DNA of 64,000 nt from Vampirovibrio sp. (GCA_024998755.1 JACEUU010000002.1:166045-230044); one strand, 5' to 3'; numbered from the stretch's first letter, positions 38,650-49,393 are shown. Made by a program: numbers and translations. The notes: generated by a model from the letters alone, not told the origin.

Positions 38650-40084
38650 CCAACCCATTTTTACGCCTCTAACGGCGGATGAACCAACGATTGTGGCTCA
38701 AGCCACGCCTGTTGGGGTTTCGGGGGTGGCAGTTATTCGCCTTAGTGGGTCTGAAGCCGTTGAAATTGCCAATAAAATTTTCAGCAAACCCCTAGCTAAC
38801 CCTGAACACGCCAAGGCGATTTTCGGCTACGTTCACGCTCCCAATCAGCCTGAAAAAACGATTGACCAAGTGCTACTATTACCCTTCAAAGCCCCAGCCA
38901 GTTTTACGGGCGAAGATGTCGTGGAAATTCACTGTCATGGCGGTTTGGCTATACCCACCCAAGTGTTGGAAGCTTGCCAACAAGCAGGAGCCACCTTCGC
39001 TACAGGCGGTGCGTTTACCCGTAGGGCGTTCATCAATGGCAAGTTAGATTTAACCCAAGCCGAAAGCATTTTAGATGCCATTCACGCCGAGGGGCAACAA
39101 CTAAGCCAATTTGCTACGCAAAACCTTCGGCATAAAACCGTGGCAGGCTATTTAACAGGGTTGCGGGAAGCTATTATTGCCATTCAATGTGAATTAGTTG
39201 CCGCAATGGATTACCCCGAAGAAGTGGATGAACCCCCGAGAGAAGCCCTTCAGCAAAGGCTTCAAGCCGTTGTTGAAAAAGCCAATAGCTTATGTGAAAC
39301 CACCGCCAAAACGCAATGGATTCGGGATGGGTTGAAAATTGCCATTTTAGGGCAACCCAATGCGGGAAAATCAACGTTATTTAATGCACTGCTTGCCCAA
39401 GAACGCTCAATTGTTACGCCGTTGGCGGGTACTACTCGGGATACGGTGAGTGAAACACTTGTATTAGCAGGTGTTTCGGTTAAATTGGTGGATACGGCTG
39501 GCTTGCGTGAAACAGCGGATTTAGTGGAACAACTAGGCGTTGAGCGAAGCCTAGAAGCTGCCCAATTAGCAGATTGTTTGCTTTATTTGGTAGATAGTAC
39601 CGTGGTTACTGACGATACATTGCCTGCTGAAGACGCTACGTTATTGGCTTCTATTATGCACCATGAACCGGAAAAACCCTTACTAAAATTACTAACCAAG
39701 CAAGATGTGTTGACCAATAAAGCGTCTGTTCAAGGGTTAATTCATCAGCAGGGGTGGCAACCGCTTTCTGTTAGTAGTGGCGATGGGTTGGCTACTGTGT
39801 TGCAATGGCTGGAAAACATGATAACAACCCAATTACAAAGCGTGAAGCAAGCGAATAATGCAGGGGTTCAACTGTGTTTGACCAGTAGGCAACAAGGGTG
39901 TTTGGTGGCAATGACTGGGCACTTGGAAAAAGCGATTGAAACCTTGTGCGAATCTGCTTTCCCGTTGGATTTAGCGACTATTCCGCTAACGGATGCGTTG
40001 CGTCAGTTAGATGATTTACTGGGGATTGATACGGCAGAGATTGTGTTAGATAGCGTTTTTAGTCAATTTTGCGTAGGCAAATAA
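38633..40084 (+). CDS. mnmE: tRNA modification GTPase MnmE/TrmE
   Basis: G1 GQPNAGKSTLFNALL. DTAG. C-terminal CVGK. Confidence 0.85.
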   Translation: MPSLNNQPIFTPLTADEPTIVAQATPVGVSGVAVIRLSGSEAVEIANKIFSKPLANPEHAKAIFGYVHAPNQPEKTIDQVLLLPFKAPASFTGEDVVEIHCHGGLAIPTQVLEACQQAGATFATGGAFTRRAFINGKLDLTQAESILDAIHAEGQQLSQFATQNLRHKTVAGYLTGLREAIIAIQCELVAAMDYPEEVDEPPREALQQRLQAVVEKANSLCETTAKTQWIRDGLKIAILGQPNAGKSTLFNALLAQERSIVTPLAGTTRDTVSETLVLAGVSVKLVDTAGLRETADLVEQLGVERSLEAAQLADCLLYLVDSTVVTDDTLPAEDATLLASIMHHEPEKPLLKLLTKQDVLTNKASVQGLIHQQGWQPLSVSSGDGLATVLQWLENMITTQLQSVKQANNAGVQLCLTSRQQGCLVAMTGHLEKAIETLCESAFPLDLATIPLTDALRQLDDLLGIDTAEIVLDSVFSQFCVGK

Positions 40085-40279
40085 ACGGGTACTGAATAAA
40101 CCGTATAAAAAAAAGACCCTTCGTGCAGAAAACTGTCAGCGAAGAGCCTTTGACATCCAAGTGGGTGGGGGGTATTGGGGGGATTCCACCGCACCTTGGA
40201 GCATTAAGGTTATTATACGCAAAGTAGCACGGCGTGGCAAGCACTCCTTAAAAAACCATTAACATTTTGTTACGAATGA

Positions 40280-42175
40280 CTAAAACCGCTGATTTTGCAC
40301 CCACGCCTTAGCTAAATCGGTCTTCAGTAGGGGCAATAGTTTTTCTTCAATGGCACGGGTGTAAGCTTGCAACCAAGCTAGTTCGCTAGCCGTTAAAACG
40401 GTTTCATCAATCAACGCACGTTCAAAGGGGATGTAAAGCAAGCTTTCAAAGCCCAACCATCGGTTAGCATCTTTACCTACTTGAGGGCGTTCAACCACTT
40501 CATACAAATTTTCTAACCGAACACCACCCCAGCCCGCTTCATAATACCCCGGTTCAATACTGGTAATGTTACCCACTTCAAAGGGTACGCTATACCCCTT
40601 GCTAATACCAATCGGGCCTTCATGTACGTTGAGAAACGCCCCCACACCATGCCCCGTGCCATGTCCATAATCTAACCTCAATTGCCATAGAGGCTGCCTG
40701 CAAACAGCGTCTATAGTAGCACCTGTTGTGCCTTTGGGGAAAGTTAAACCAGCACACGCAATATGCCCCTGCAAAACCGCTGTATAAACCTGTTTCATTT
40801 TGGAAGATGCCTTACCCGCAAAAACTGTCGTGCGGGTGCAATCAGTCGTACCAGCCAAGGTTGGATACTGCCCGCCTGAATCTAACAAAAACCAATCGCC
40901 CAAATCAAGCAATTTTTCCGCCGATGGGGTGCCATAATGCACAATGGCAGCGTTCGCACCTGCCCCAGCAATGGTATTAAAACTTAACCCTGAAGCCCCC
41001 GAAGCCAAATACTGACCTTCTAAAAAATCAGCCACCTGTTTTTCAGTGGTGACTTGTTGGGTTTCACCCCTGTGCCATAACCACGCTAAGGTTTCAGTAA
41101 TAGCCACACTGGCTTGCAAGTTGGCTTGACGCATACCGTACAGTTCCGCAGACGATTTAACGGCTTTCAAGCTTTCAATGATACTTTTTTTCTTGAGGAT
41201 GGGTGTACCACACCCCGTAATCCATTTGGAAAGCTTGGCAGTATGTGCCGAACAATCGAACCAAGTAGTAATCGCTTCTTCCGATTCTGCAGGACTTGTT
41301 AAAAAGGTTTCTATCGTTTTAAAGAAGTGGGTATATGGCAAAATTTGAACGCCCGCCTTCGCTAAACTTTGCTGAACACCTAAAGGCAAGCGGGCGGCAT
41401 CTGTAAATAGAAACGCCTGTTCAAGAGTTACTAGCCCATAAGCAATAAATACGGGGTTATAAGCCACATCTGCCCCACGTAAGTTAAACGTCCATGCCAC
41501 TTCATCTAACTTGGTAATGGGGAGAATCCCGACATTATTGGCAACTAAGGCTTGCCGAAGTTTCGATAATTTTTCAGAAAGACTACAGCCTGTGAGTTCG
41601 TCTGGCAAAGAAAAAACCGGTTGTAAGGCTGGAAATAATGCTTCATGCAGAGCCGCTGCTTGTTTCAGTTCATCCAACCAATGCGGATTTCTACCCGTAT
41701 CAAGCCATTCAATGGGGTTGGGTAATTTATCTAAACGGTCTTCAAATTGGGTGAATTTAGCACTGCTAATGGTGTTAAAATCCACACCAATGGTAAACTT
41801 AACACCAGCAGTGCCCCCTGTTTTTAGTTTTACAGCTTGTTCTAACGCTTCTGCTAGGGTAGGATGCCCTTCCAGCCCTACCTTAGAAACCCCAACAAGC
41901 GACGTAGGAATTTCCAACGCCGCTTGTTCGTAATAGCGGCTATCTACAAATAACTGACAGGGTTTTTCAACAGGAACAGTTGCGGGGTTGAGCAATAATA
42001 ATTCACCTGCAGACCCTGTAAACCCACACAGCCAATCCCTCCGCTTCCAAGCTTCAGGTAAATATTCATTCAGGTGTTCGTCAGAAGCGGGCACAACGAT
42101 TGCATCGACTGTTTTAGCTTGGCATTTCTGCAATAAGGCGGTTAAGCGTTGTTCATAAAGGGTAAAATCAGGCAT
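40280..42175 (-). CDS. Xaa-Pro aminopeptidase (M24B) with an N-terminal creatinase-like domain
   Basis: HGTGHGVGAFLNVHEGP and EPGYY metal-site motifs. Length 631 aa. Confidence 0.8.
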   Translation of the reverse strand: MPDFTLYEQRLTALLQKCQAKTVDAIVVPASDEHLNEYLPEAWKRRDWLCGFTGSAGELLLLNPATVPVEKPCQLFVDSRYYEQAALEIPTSLVGVSKVGLEGHPTLAEALEQAVKLKTGGTAGVKFTIGVDFNTISSAKFTQFEDRLDKLPNPIEWLDTGRNPHWLDELKQAAALHEALFPALQPVFSLPDELTGCSLSEKLSKLRQALVANNVGILPITKLDEVAWTFNLRGADVAYNPVFIAYGLVTLEQAFLFTDAARLPLGVQQSLAKAGVQILPYTHFFKTIETFLTSPAESEEAITTWFDCSAHTAKLSKWITGCGTPILKKKSIIESLKAVKSSAELYGMRQANLQASVAITETLAWLWHRGETQQVTTEKQVADFLEGQYLASGASGLSFNTIAGAGANAAIVHYGTPSAEKLLDLGDWFLLDSGGQYPTLAGTTDCTRTTVFAGKASSKMKQVYTAVLQGHIACAGLTFPKGTTGATIDAVCRQPLWQLRLDYGHGTGHGVGAFLNVHEGPIGISKGYSVPFEVGNITSIEPGYYEAGWGGVRLENLYEVVERPQVGKDANRWLGFESLLYIPFERALIDETVLTASELAWLQAYTRAIEEKLLPLLKTDLAKAWVQNQRF

Positions 42176-42196
42176 TATAGCGGAGCGTCTTTCTAA

Positions 42197-42346
42197 TCAA
42201 CAATATACCTCTTGCATGATTCGATATCTGGGGCATCTTCGTTGTCATTTGCGGTACTCGAATTCTTATGTACTTCTATGTACACCCCAAATTCTCAGTT
42301 CCTCATTCCTAGAATCTGCACCCACCTCTCGAGTCATGCAAGAGGT
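42197..42346. repeat. ~150-bp element bounded by 17-bp inverted repeats (acctcttgcatgattcg / cgagtcatgcaagaggt); MITE-like
   Basis: Read directly from the sequence. Overlaps the DoxX stop codon. Confidence 0.55.
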
Positions 42347-42849
42347 CTAATAATATAGTCTTGTTCGTAAGAGCTATTTTTAAAGAAGTCTCTAAAGAAG
42401 AAATAATCTAGGGAATACCGACCGGGTCCGTTTATTAGTATAAACAAGTTGATGCACCAATAAACTAAGGCTAATTCGTATGAATGAGCGTGGGGGTCTG
42501 AAGCCACAAATTGGTGCCCATGAACCCAATGTCCCATAACAAGGGCAACACTCATGTTGATAACTAAAAACAGGCTGGCTATTGGGCTAAACAAGCCTAT
42601 AATTAGGGCGATACCGCCTACAAATTCAGCTAAAGCGGGCATTAGCTGTACCAGTTCGGGTAGGGCGTTGCCCATCCAGTGAAACGGATTGAGTATTTTA
42701 GGTAGCCCGTGCCATAAAAAAGCTAAACCCGTTACCACTCGTAAAATTAACAAGGGTAAACTATAAACGGAGGTTGTTTGCGTATAGCCAATCAATAAAC
42801 TAGGGGCTTCAATAGTGGGAATGGGATTTGTGGTGGTTTGCATCATCAT
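42334..42849 (-). CDS. DoxX-family membrane protein; starts MMMQT
   Basis: Four TM helices. DoxX-like layout (RVVTGLAFLWHGLPK). Confidence 0.6.
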   Translation of the reverse strand: MMMQTTTNPIPTIEAPSLLIGYTQTTSVYSLPLLILRVVTGLAFLWHGLPKILNPFHWMGNALPELVQLMPALAEFVGGIALIIGLFSPIASLFLVINMSVALVMGHWVHGHQFVASDPHAHSYELALVYWCINLFILINGPGRYSLDYFFFRDFFKNSSYEQDYIIRPLA

Positions 42850-43065
42850 GGTAAAAAGTCCTCACTATCTCAAAAATTATGACGGCTACAGTAAGAAAAT
42901 ATAATTACCATACCACTTTTTGGTGATTGTTTCAAACTGTAACAAAGCTAGCAACTTCTTTGGTATATTAGCGTTTTAATGAGATAATTGAAGCCTTAAT
43001 CGGGCAATCTATTTATTCATTTTTTCTCTTGCTAACAACTCTTTAATGAAAGCGATATCAATATC

Positions 43066-43863
43066 ATGTTTTCTGTTAAAATCCAACAATTTGCTCATAA
43101 TTTCAAAAAACTCATTGCTAGTTCATTGGCTTTACTAATTCTTTCCATTCATGTGGTTGTGCCTAGCATACAGTTGGTTCAAGCCAAGTGCCACCCAATG
43201 AAAACACCGCTTATTCAACGTAAATTGACAGGGCCTTTACTACTAAAGTTTTTAACCCCTGTTAGCAGTATAACCAGCCGGCACGGTGATGGATTTAAAG
43301 CCATTGTAGATACCACCAGCTGCTTCAAATTTAGTTGTGTAACCAAAGGAACAATGCTTTTAGGTTACGTTCGCAAAGCGGAGCGGTCTCGTAAGTTTCA
43401 CCGCCCTGCTTATGTAGAAATTCAAATTACTCGGTTGCAATTTCCTGATGGCACGTTTAAGGTTTACAGAAAGCCTTATCACAAGGCTCGTATTCACTTA
43501 ACCGCTCCTGATGCTTACGGCGTGGGTCGTCAATTGAGGGATGAAGTGCCTTCCGTTTTGGGAGCAGCGGCGGTTGTTGTGCCTTTAGCTTTAGCTAGTA
43601 CGCTTTCTGCTGGAGCAATTATTCCACTTGGGTTTGCTGGGGCACTGATTGCTAGTGCTGCTCAAGAAGCCATTCAAACAAGAAGAGGGTTGAGCCATGG
43701 TAGCATCGGTCGTAAATTTGCTAGAGTAGCTGCCAGAGGAACGGTTTTACCTTATGTTGGTTACAAAGCCACTAAGCGGACTTCTGAATTTTATGTAAAG
43801 CGTTACCAAGTGGTTGCCGTTAAACCGGGCCATCGGTTTGCGAATGATTTATATCAGCGGTAG
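43066..43863 (+). CDS. Hypothetical secreted protein with an Ala/Gly-rich (glycine-zipper-like) hydrophobic segment
   Basis: Signal-peptide-like N-terminus. Segment GAAAVVVPLALASTLSAGAIIPLGFAGALIASAAQ. Strong terminator downstream. Confidence 0.45.
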   Translation: MFSVKIQQFAHNFKKLIASSLALLILSIHVVVPSIQLVQAKCHPMKTPLIQRKLTGPLLLKFLTPVSSITSRHGDGFKAIVDTTSCFKFSCVTKGTMLLGYVRKAERSRKFHRPAYVEIQITRLQFPDGTFKVYRKPYHKARIHLTAPDAYGVGRQLRDEVPSVLGAAAVVVPLALASTLSAGAIIPLGFAGALIASAAQEAIQTRRGLSHGSIGRKFARVAARGTVLPYVGYKATKRTSEFYVKRYQVVAVKPGHRFANDLYQR

Positions 43864-43885
43864 ATAAAACGTCATCAATTTTTAA

Positions 43886-43928
43886 CCGAAACAGAGAGAA
43901 GTCTTGAGCTTTTCTCTGTTTCGGTTTT
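43886..43928 (+). terminator. Rho-independent terminator
   Basis: ccgaaacagagagaag-tcttgag-cttttctctgtttcgg followed by tttt. Confidence 0.75.
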
Positions 43929-44042
43929 CTACCATAAGCGAAGGGTAACGCCATACCAATCCACCCCAAATAAAACAACCTATGCTAGAATAAATGCACG
44001 TTCACTCTTTTAGTCGTTTCATTTTTCAGAAAGCAGGAAACT

Positions 44043-44606
44043 ATGATGATCAATATTCAAGATGCAGACCGCCATTCACACCAAGGACACGTTCATAGTG
44101 AAGCTTGTTCACACGGTGTACAGCCTAAAACCAGCTTGCCCACGGTTCGGGTTGCGGTTTTAAATGGACCGAATTTAAATTTATTAGGCACACGGGAACC
44201 CCAATACTACGGCACTTGGACTTTGGAAGATATTCATAATGATTTAATGCTAACGGCTGAAGGTTTTGCTCCGTTACCCGTGGAATTGCATTTTGTGCAA
44301 ACCAACCATGAAGGTGCGTTGATTGATGCTATTCATGCTGAAGCTGCACTGGGTACGCAGGCTATTTTAATTAACCCTGGTGCTTATACGCACACCAGCA
44401 TTGCCATTCGTGATGCCCTTTCATCGTTTCATGGGTTGAAAATTGAAGTGCATTTATCCAACATTTTCCAGCGGGAAGAATTCCGGCATAAATCGTTTAT
44501 TTCGCCCGTGGTGCATTCAACCCTTTCAGGCTTTGGCCCATTGGGCTATAGAATGGCGTTAACTTACACCTTGCAAACCCTAGAAGCTACCATCGTTGCA
44601 GGATAG
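44043..44606 (+). CDS. aroQ: 3-dehydroquinate dehydratase type II with a His-rich N-terminal extension; starts MM
   Basis: RVAVLNGPNLNLLGTREPQYYG plus HLSNI and GPLGY motifs. Confidence 0.85.
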   Translation: MMINIQDADRHSHQGHVHSEACSHGVQPKTSLPTVRVAVLNGPNLNLLGTREPQYYGTWTLEDIHNDLMLTAEGFAPLPVELHFVQTNHEGALIDAIHAEAALGTQAILINPGAYTHTSIAIRDALSSFHGLKIEVHLSNIFQREEFRHKSFISPVVHSTLSGFGPLGYRMALTYTLQTLEATIVAG

Positions 44607-44867
44607 CCAATTATATCAATTCCAAGATTAAATAGCGTGTTCTAAAATCAATTGTCGTTCCTAACTTCAGCTGGTTGGTGTTAAGGGGGTTCTTGTTCGA
44701 GAACCCCCTTAACAATCCCCCACGAAAAGCCACCCACCTATGCCACAAGGGCATTGACGGCGGGATGTTCTTTTTGCCCCAAGGGCTAACGGAACGCATC
44801 GGCAACTGCAGGGCAAATGCGATGGTCGTTCCTACTTTTTGATATAATATTTTGAATAATTTATTTT

Positions 44868-44960
44868 ATAGGGGCGTAATTTATTACGTCCGCCTAGGGT
44901 TTGTAGAACGTATGCGTTGCAACCAATAGACCGTAGGGTTAGTAAATCGCACCCCTACGA
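44868..44960. repeat. Cluster of two to three REP-like hairpins (GTAGGG...CCCCTAC)
   Basis: ataGGGGCGTAATttATTACGTCCGCCtagg ... gtagggttagtaaatcgcacccctacg. Confidence 0.55.
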
Positions 44961-44989
44961 AAAAACCATAAATTATTTAAAACACTATA

Positions 44990-46012
44990 TCACCGCATGG
45001 GTGGAGGCGGAACTTTAAGGGTTTCAACCCCACTACCCAACGTGGTATGCCACGATTCCTTATCCAACAAATACAATGGCGATAACCAATGCTTCGGTTT
45101 GGCGGTAGCCACTACTGGCGTTTGAGGCTTCACAACAGCCATCAATCCATTACTGGCTAAATCATACGGTAAGCTCTTTCCATTAGGTGAAACAAGCGTG
45201 GTGGTTTGCGTGGTGGTATTGTATTGCCACAAGCCTAAAGTATAACGTCCGCCCCCATTTTGTTGGGTAAACGCCCAACCTCTCCAATAAAACGTCGTCG
45301 AATCGCCCTGCTTCCAACCGAGTGGTTCAACATCCCACGCCATTTTCTCAACGCCTGCAGGGGCATTCCAAGTTACTTGATTCTCCCCATTCCGCCAATG
45401 GTATTCTAATGCGTGAACGAGTTCGGCGTAAACCGAAAGCACGCCTTGGGTTTTATCCCACACCAACACGTCTGAACATCGAAGCCCTGTATAAATAACC
45501 CCTGCCCGTCGTTTAATAAGCAGTTTACTACTGTCATGGCTCCAATCAATGGGGGTCAATGTGTCAAACGCATAATTACGAAGGCGAACATCCCCTACGC
45601 TATAAATGGAAGACCGACGTTTTAGCATTTGATTAGGGTCAAACCAGCTGGTGAGTTGAAGCGGATTTTCCACTTTTTTCGGTAGTCCACTGGCAGGTAG
45701 TGGCACATAAAACAATTTGCTTATCGTCTGCCGTGCTTCAGGTAGAAAAATGGCTTCAGCATAAGCGTAACCCGAAAAATCAGGAGCAATAACAGGGGTA
45801 CTTCTAGCGAAATGGGTAACTTCTATGCGGTAAAGGTTTAAATCTTGATGGTTAGGTGGCGTGTTAAACGGTTTATAACTAACGGGTGAAGCGGTTGGTT
45901 TACTAGCAGACACCGAACTACTCCGAACGGTTGGCGGTAAATTGGCGTGGCTAGTAAGGGGTAGTAGTATACCGAAAACTAGGGTTGAAAAAATTATCCA
46001 TCGATTTAACAA
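44990..46012 (-). CDS. Hypothetical secreted protein (Trp/Tyr-rich, possibly beta-rich)
   Basis: Signal peptide MLNRWIIFSTLVFGILLPLTSHA. No recognised motif. Confidence 0.5.
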   Translation of the reverse strand: MLNRWIIFSTLVFGILLPLTSHANLPPTVRSSSVSASKPTASPVSYKPFNTPPNHQDLNLYRIEVTHFARSTPVIAPDFSGYAYAEAIFLPEARQTISKLFYVPLPASGLPKKVENPLQLTSWFDPNQMLKRRSSIYSVGDVRLRNYAFDTLTPIDWSHDSSKLLIKRRAGVIYTGLRCSDVLVWDKTQGVLSVYAELVHALEYHWRNGENQVTWNAPAGVEKMAWDVEPLGWKQGDSTTFYWRGWAFTQQNGGGRYTLGLWQYNTTTQTTTLVSPNGKSLPYDLASNGLMAVVKPQTPVVATAKPKHWLSPLYLLDKESWHTTLGSGVETLKVPPPPMR

Positions 46013-46141
46013 AAAAAGGACACCTCAATTTATATAAGATACTGTCATATAAATCGTCATTCTTTTAGATAGACTTGAAGGGTGTTCATATTTTTGGCAT
46101 ACTAAATGTATGTTTGAATACTATTTAGAAAGAACCTCATC

Positions 46142-46381
46142 ATGATTCCTGCAGAAACCCTTGTTGCCCTTCTAAAAGAGGCCTTCCCTGAAAGTATAGT
46201 GGAAATTTACGATACCACTGGCACGCAAGACCATTATGTCATTTATATTTGCTCATCCGCTTTTGTGGGCAAAAACACCATGGCTAGGCACAGAATGGTG
46301 CAGGCGGTTACCGCTCCGTTGGTGGCGGATGGTCGGCTTCATGCCACGGAACTCAAGTTAGCTGTGCCATCTGAAGCTTAA
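46142..46381 (+). CDS. BolA-family protein
   Basis: 79 aa. RHRMV...L...HAL motif typical of BolA. Confidence 0.65.
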   Translation: MIPAETLVALLKEAFPESIVEIYDTTGTQDHYVIYICSSAFVGKNTMARHRMVQAVTAPLVADGRLHATELKLAVPSEA

Positions 46382-46502
46382 CTCTACTTAAACTCCTACA
46401 TTCTAAGGGTTGCACGAAATAGGGCAAACACCGTACAATAGAATCATACTTGTTCGTTGTTATTATATGGTTATAACCTTGATTGTAGAGAGTAGAAAAT
46501 TA

Positions 46503-47939
46503 ATGATGATGGCTACCGCTGAAAAAACATTCCAATTGCCCTTTCTAAAAGAACCCGGTGTGCAAATGACTTTCGACAATGGGCATACCTTTGTGTTTGT
46601 CCCTAGAAAAGGGCAAGTGTTCAACGTTTCTACATGGGTGAAAACAGGTAGCATGAATGAAGATGCTCAAAACAACGGCGTAAGCCATTTTCTGGAACAC
46701 CTCATGTTTAAAGGCACTGCCCGCTGCAAACCGGGTGAATTTGACAAGGCCATGGAAAACATGGGAGCCATTATCAACGCCGCCACATGGAAAGATTACA
46801 CTTTCTACTATGTAACAGGCCCTAATACCGATTACGGCGAATTTGATACGGCGTTAGATTTACACGCCGATATGTTACTACATTCCACCCTGCCTGAAGA
46901 AGAAATTGGCGAACCTTACGACCCTGCTAAAGGCGAAGAACCACCAGTAAAGCGGGAACGTGGCGTGGTAATTGAAGAAATTGGGATGTGTGAAGACCGC
47001 CCTTGGAATAAAATTTACAATGCCGTTAATGCAATGATGTACCCCGAAGGGCATCCCTACCGTAGAGATGTTATTGGCACGCGTACCATTGTAGGCACTA
47101 TTCCACGTGAACAGATTGAAGCGTATTATCGCCGTTGGTATAGCCCTGAAAACATGACGACCATTGTTGTGGGCGATTTTGACAAGGCGACGGTTGTTGA
47201 AAAAGTGCAAAAAGCGTTTGATTTCGCCAGCCGTACAGATGCTACCCCTGCTTTAGCCAGATACACTGAACCCACCCCTGCTGAAACCTTTAAAGGGCAG
47301 TTTGTAACAGATCCTAAGGCTACCCGTTATGAAACCATTGTTAGTGATGTGAACACCCAATTTTTCTCTATGGCATTTGCAGGCCCTCCTGTTGAAGACC
47401 AAGCAGCAACGGTGGGTATGAATATTGCTAGCACCATTTTAGGTGAAAGTTTATCTAGCCGTTTCAACCAAAACTTGGTTGAAAAGCAAACACCATCTGG
47501 GTTTAATATGCTAGGCACGGGTCAATATGAATTCAAATTGGGTAACGTCGTGTTTATTCAAGGCAACTTTAATACCACAGATGTTACTGCCGCTTTAGAT
47601 GAGGTAAAAGCCGAACTAATCGCTTTCTTGACCGGTAAACCTATTACGCAAGAAGAATTTGACCGTATCATCAAAAAAGCGAGAGTTGATTTTGCTTCAG
47701 GTATTGAAACCACCAGCGGTATTGCGGATGTTTTAGGCGAAAGCTTAACGGTTAATGGCACGGTGGAAGTGTTCACCCATTGGTTAGATGTATTGAATGC
47801 CCTCACGCTGGAGGGTGTACAAGCAGTTGCCAAAAAATATCTACAACCTGAATTAGCATTTACGGCTGTTCTAGGGTCTGCTACGGCCTTGAAAGAACAG
47901 TCAACTGCTTCAAAAACGCCGGCTTTAGCTGTCGTTTAG
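46503..47939 (+). CDS. M16-family zinc peptidase (catalytic subunit; start at MMM)
   Basis: Inverted zincin motif HFLEHLMFKG (HxxEH) and a downstream EE. Length about 480 aa. Confidence 0.8.
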   Translation: MMMATAEKTFQLPFLKEPGVQMTFDNGHTFVFVPRKGQVFNVSTWVKTGSMNEDAQNNGVSHFLEHLMFKGTARCKPGEFDKAMENMGAIINAATWKDYTFYYVTGPNTDYGEFDTALDLHADMLLHSTLPEEEIGEPYDPAKGEEPPVKRERGVVIEEIGMCEDRPWNKIYNAVNAMMYPEGHPYRRDVIGTRTIVGTIPREQIEAYYRRWYSPENMTTIVVGDFDKATVVEKVQKAFDFASRTDATPALARYTEPTPAETFKGQFVTDPKATRYETIVSDVNTQFFSMAFAGPPVEDQAATVGMNIASTILGESLSSRFNQNLVEKQTPSGFNMLGTGQYEFKLGNVVFIQGNFNTTDVTAALDEVKAELIAFLTGKPITQEEFDRIIKKARVDFASGIETTSGIADVLGESLTVNGTVEVFTHWLDVLNALTLEGVQAVAKKYLQPELAFTAVLGSATALKEQSTASKTPALAVV

Positions 47940-47954
47940 CAGTAAATAACTCGT

Positions 47955-48022
47955 TGTAGGGCGGATTGCATCCGCCCGCTTCGAGCGTTTACAGAATGGG
48001 CGGATACAATCCGCACCTACAA
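47955..48022. repeat. REP doublet (TIR tgtaggg/cctaca; hairpins gggcggattgcatccgccc and gggcggatacaatccgc)
   Basis: Read directly. Lies between the two M16 genes. Confidence 0.7.
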
Positions 48023-48058
48023 AAAAATTTTTAAATTAATTAGAAAGAATTATATCTT

Positions 48059-49369
48059 ATGATGACTACTGCTACTGTTGAAGCACCCATTAAAAAAACT
48101 CATTTGTTGGATAACGTCAAAAAAACCATTCTGCAATGTGGGGCTACCGTTTATTTCAACAAACAAGAAGACGCTCCTCGGGTTGCTTTGAATGTTTATA
48201 TTCCGGGGGGTAATTGTATTGAATCCGTCCCGGGGCAACAAGAAATGATTGACCGCTTGTTGATGAAGGGAACGTATGATAAAACCGCCGAACAAATCGC
48301 CATCGCTTTGGATAGTGCTTCGTTAGATGCTGGGTTTGATACCCGTCGGGATTATTCTATATTATCTGCCACCTTTATGCCCGATGAATTGACTGAAAGT
48401 ATCAGCTTTTTGACGGAATTGTTGTTTTATTCCACCTTGGAAGAATTGCCCAAAGAAGTGGAAAAAGTGGCAGGTGAAATTAAAATGGCGTTAGACACAC
48501 CCAAAGCCGCCGCTGCAGATTTATTGACAAGGCACTTATTTAATGGCTTGCCTTATGGGGTTTCAACTTCGGTTGTGCAGGAATGGTTGGATAGAATTGG
48601 TCGGGTTGATGCGTTATTTGTGGGCTATCAGCAAGCGTACAAGCCTAATCGGTTTGTGGTTTCCGTGGCAGGCAATGTGGATGAAGATACCGTGCTAAAA
48701 ACCTTGGAACAAGCCTTTCAATTAGCCCGCCCTAAGGGTACAGCGTTAGAAAGTGGCATGGGTAAAATTTTGAAAGAACACACACTCAAAGAAAACCGTG
48801 TGTTCACCAAACCGTGGGAAGATGCGGCTCAAGCTCAAATTTTCCAAGCGTGGTTGACCCCTTCCGCTACGCATAAAGATTTCCCTGCCTTGGTTTTGTT
48901 GGATAACATTTTAGGGTCTGCGGGTTTGACCTCTCGATTGTTCTTAGAATTGCGAGATAAGCAAGGGTTGGCTTACAATGTGCGGTCTTCGTTAGATGGA
49001 TTGAAGCACAGAGGTAAATTTACGTTATATATTGGTACAGAACCCAAAAATGTTCAACTGTGTTTAGATGGCTTTGCCGAAGAAATTAAGAAATTGATTG
49101 AAATTCCTGTTGAAGCGGATGAATTAGAAGCTGCCAAACGGAACTTAATTGGACGGCGTGCGGTTTACACCGAAACTACCAGCCAGTTAGCCCATTGGGT
49201 GGGTGCTGGTATTATGATGGGGCATACCGTTGAAAGTTTGAAAACGCAAGAAGACAAACTCAAAGCGGTTACTTCGGCGGATATTCAACGGGTAGCGAAA
49301 ACTTATTTTACCAAGCCTTCTTATACCACGGTGGTAGGCCCCGCTAGCTGTTTGCCAAAATCCGTTTAA
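48059..49369 (+). CDS. M16-family peptidase, non-catalytic partner (no HxxEH); starts MMT
   Basis: M16 fold by length and context. Zinc motif absent. Adjacent to the catalytic paralog. Confidence 0.7.
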   Translation: MMTTATVEAPIKKTHLLDNVKKTILQCGATVYFNKQEDAPRVALNVYIPGGNCIESVPGQQEMIDRLLMKGTYDKTAEQIAIALDSASLDAGFDTRRDYSILSATFMPDELTESISFLTELLFYSTLEELPKEVEKVAGEIKMALDTPKAAAADLLTRHLFNGLPYGVSTSVVQEWLDRIGRVDALFVGYQQAYKPNRFVVSVAGNVDEDTVLKTLEQAFQLARPKGTALESGMGKILKEHTLKENRVFTKPWEDAAQAQIFQAWLTPSATHKDFPALVLLDNILGSAGLTSRLFLELRDKQGLAYNVRSSLDGLKHRGKFTLYIGTEPKNVQLCLDGFAEEIKKLIEIPVEADELEAAKRNLIGRRAVYTETTSQLAHWVGAGIMMGHTVESLKTQEDKLKAVTSADIQRVAKTYFTKPSYTTVVGPASCLPKSV

Positions 49370-49393
49370 TTTTTACGAGTCTTTTATTAAAAA

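Noticed and set aside
40150-40200. G-rich tract GGGTGGGGGGTATTGGGGGG (possible G-quadruplex)
   Set aside because: A single occurrence in a convergent 3' intergenic region. No way to support function from sequence alone.
44611-44805. 64-aa ORF after aroQ
   Set aside because: It lies in a REP/hairpin-rich intergenic region (14-bp perfect stem gttaagggggttct/agaacccccttaac) and has no start-context support.
46142-49369. The BolA gene with the paired M16 peptidases, considered as a RiPP/PQQ-like maturation cluster
   Set aside because: No precursor-peptide ORF, radical-SAM gene or transporter is adjacent. Paired active/inactive M16 genes are common stand-alone processing peptidases.
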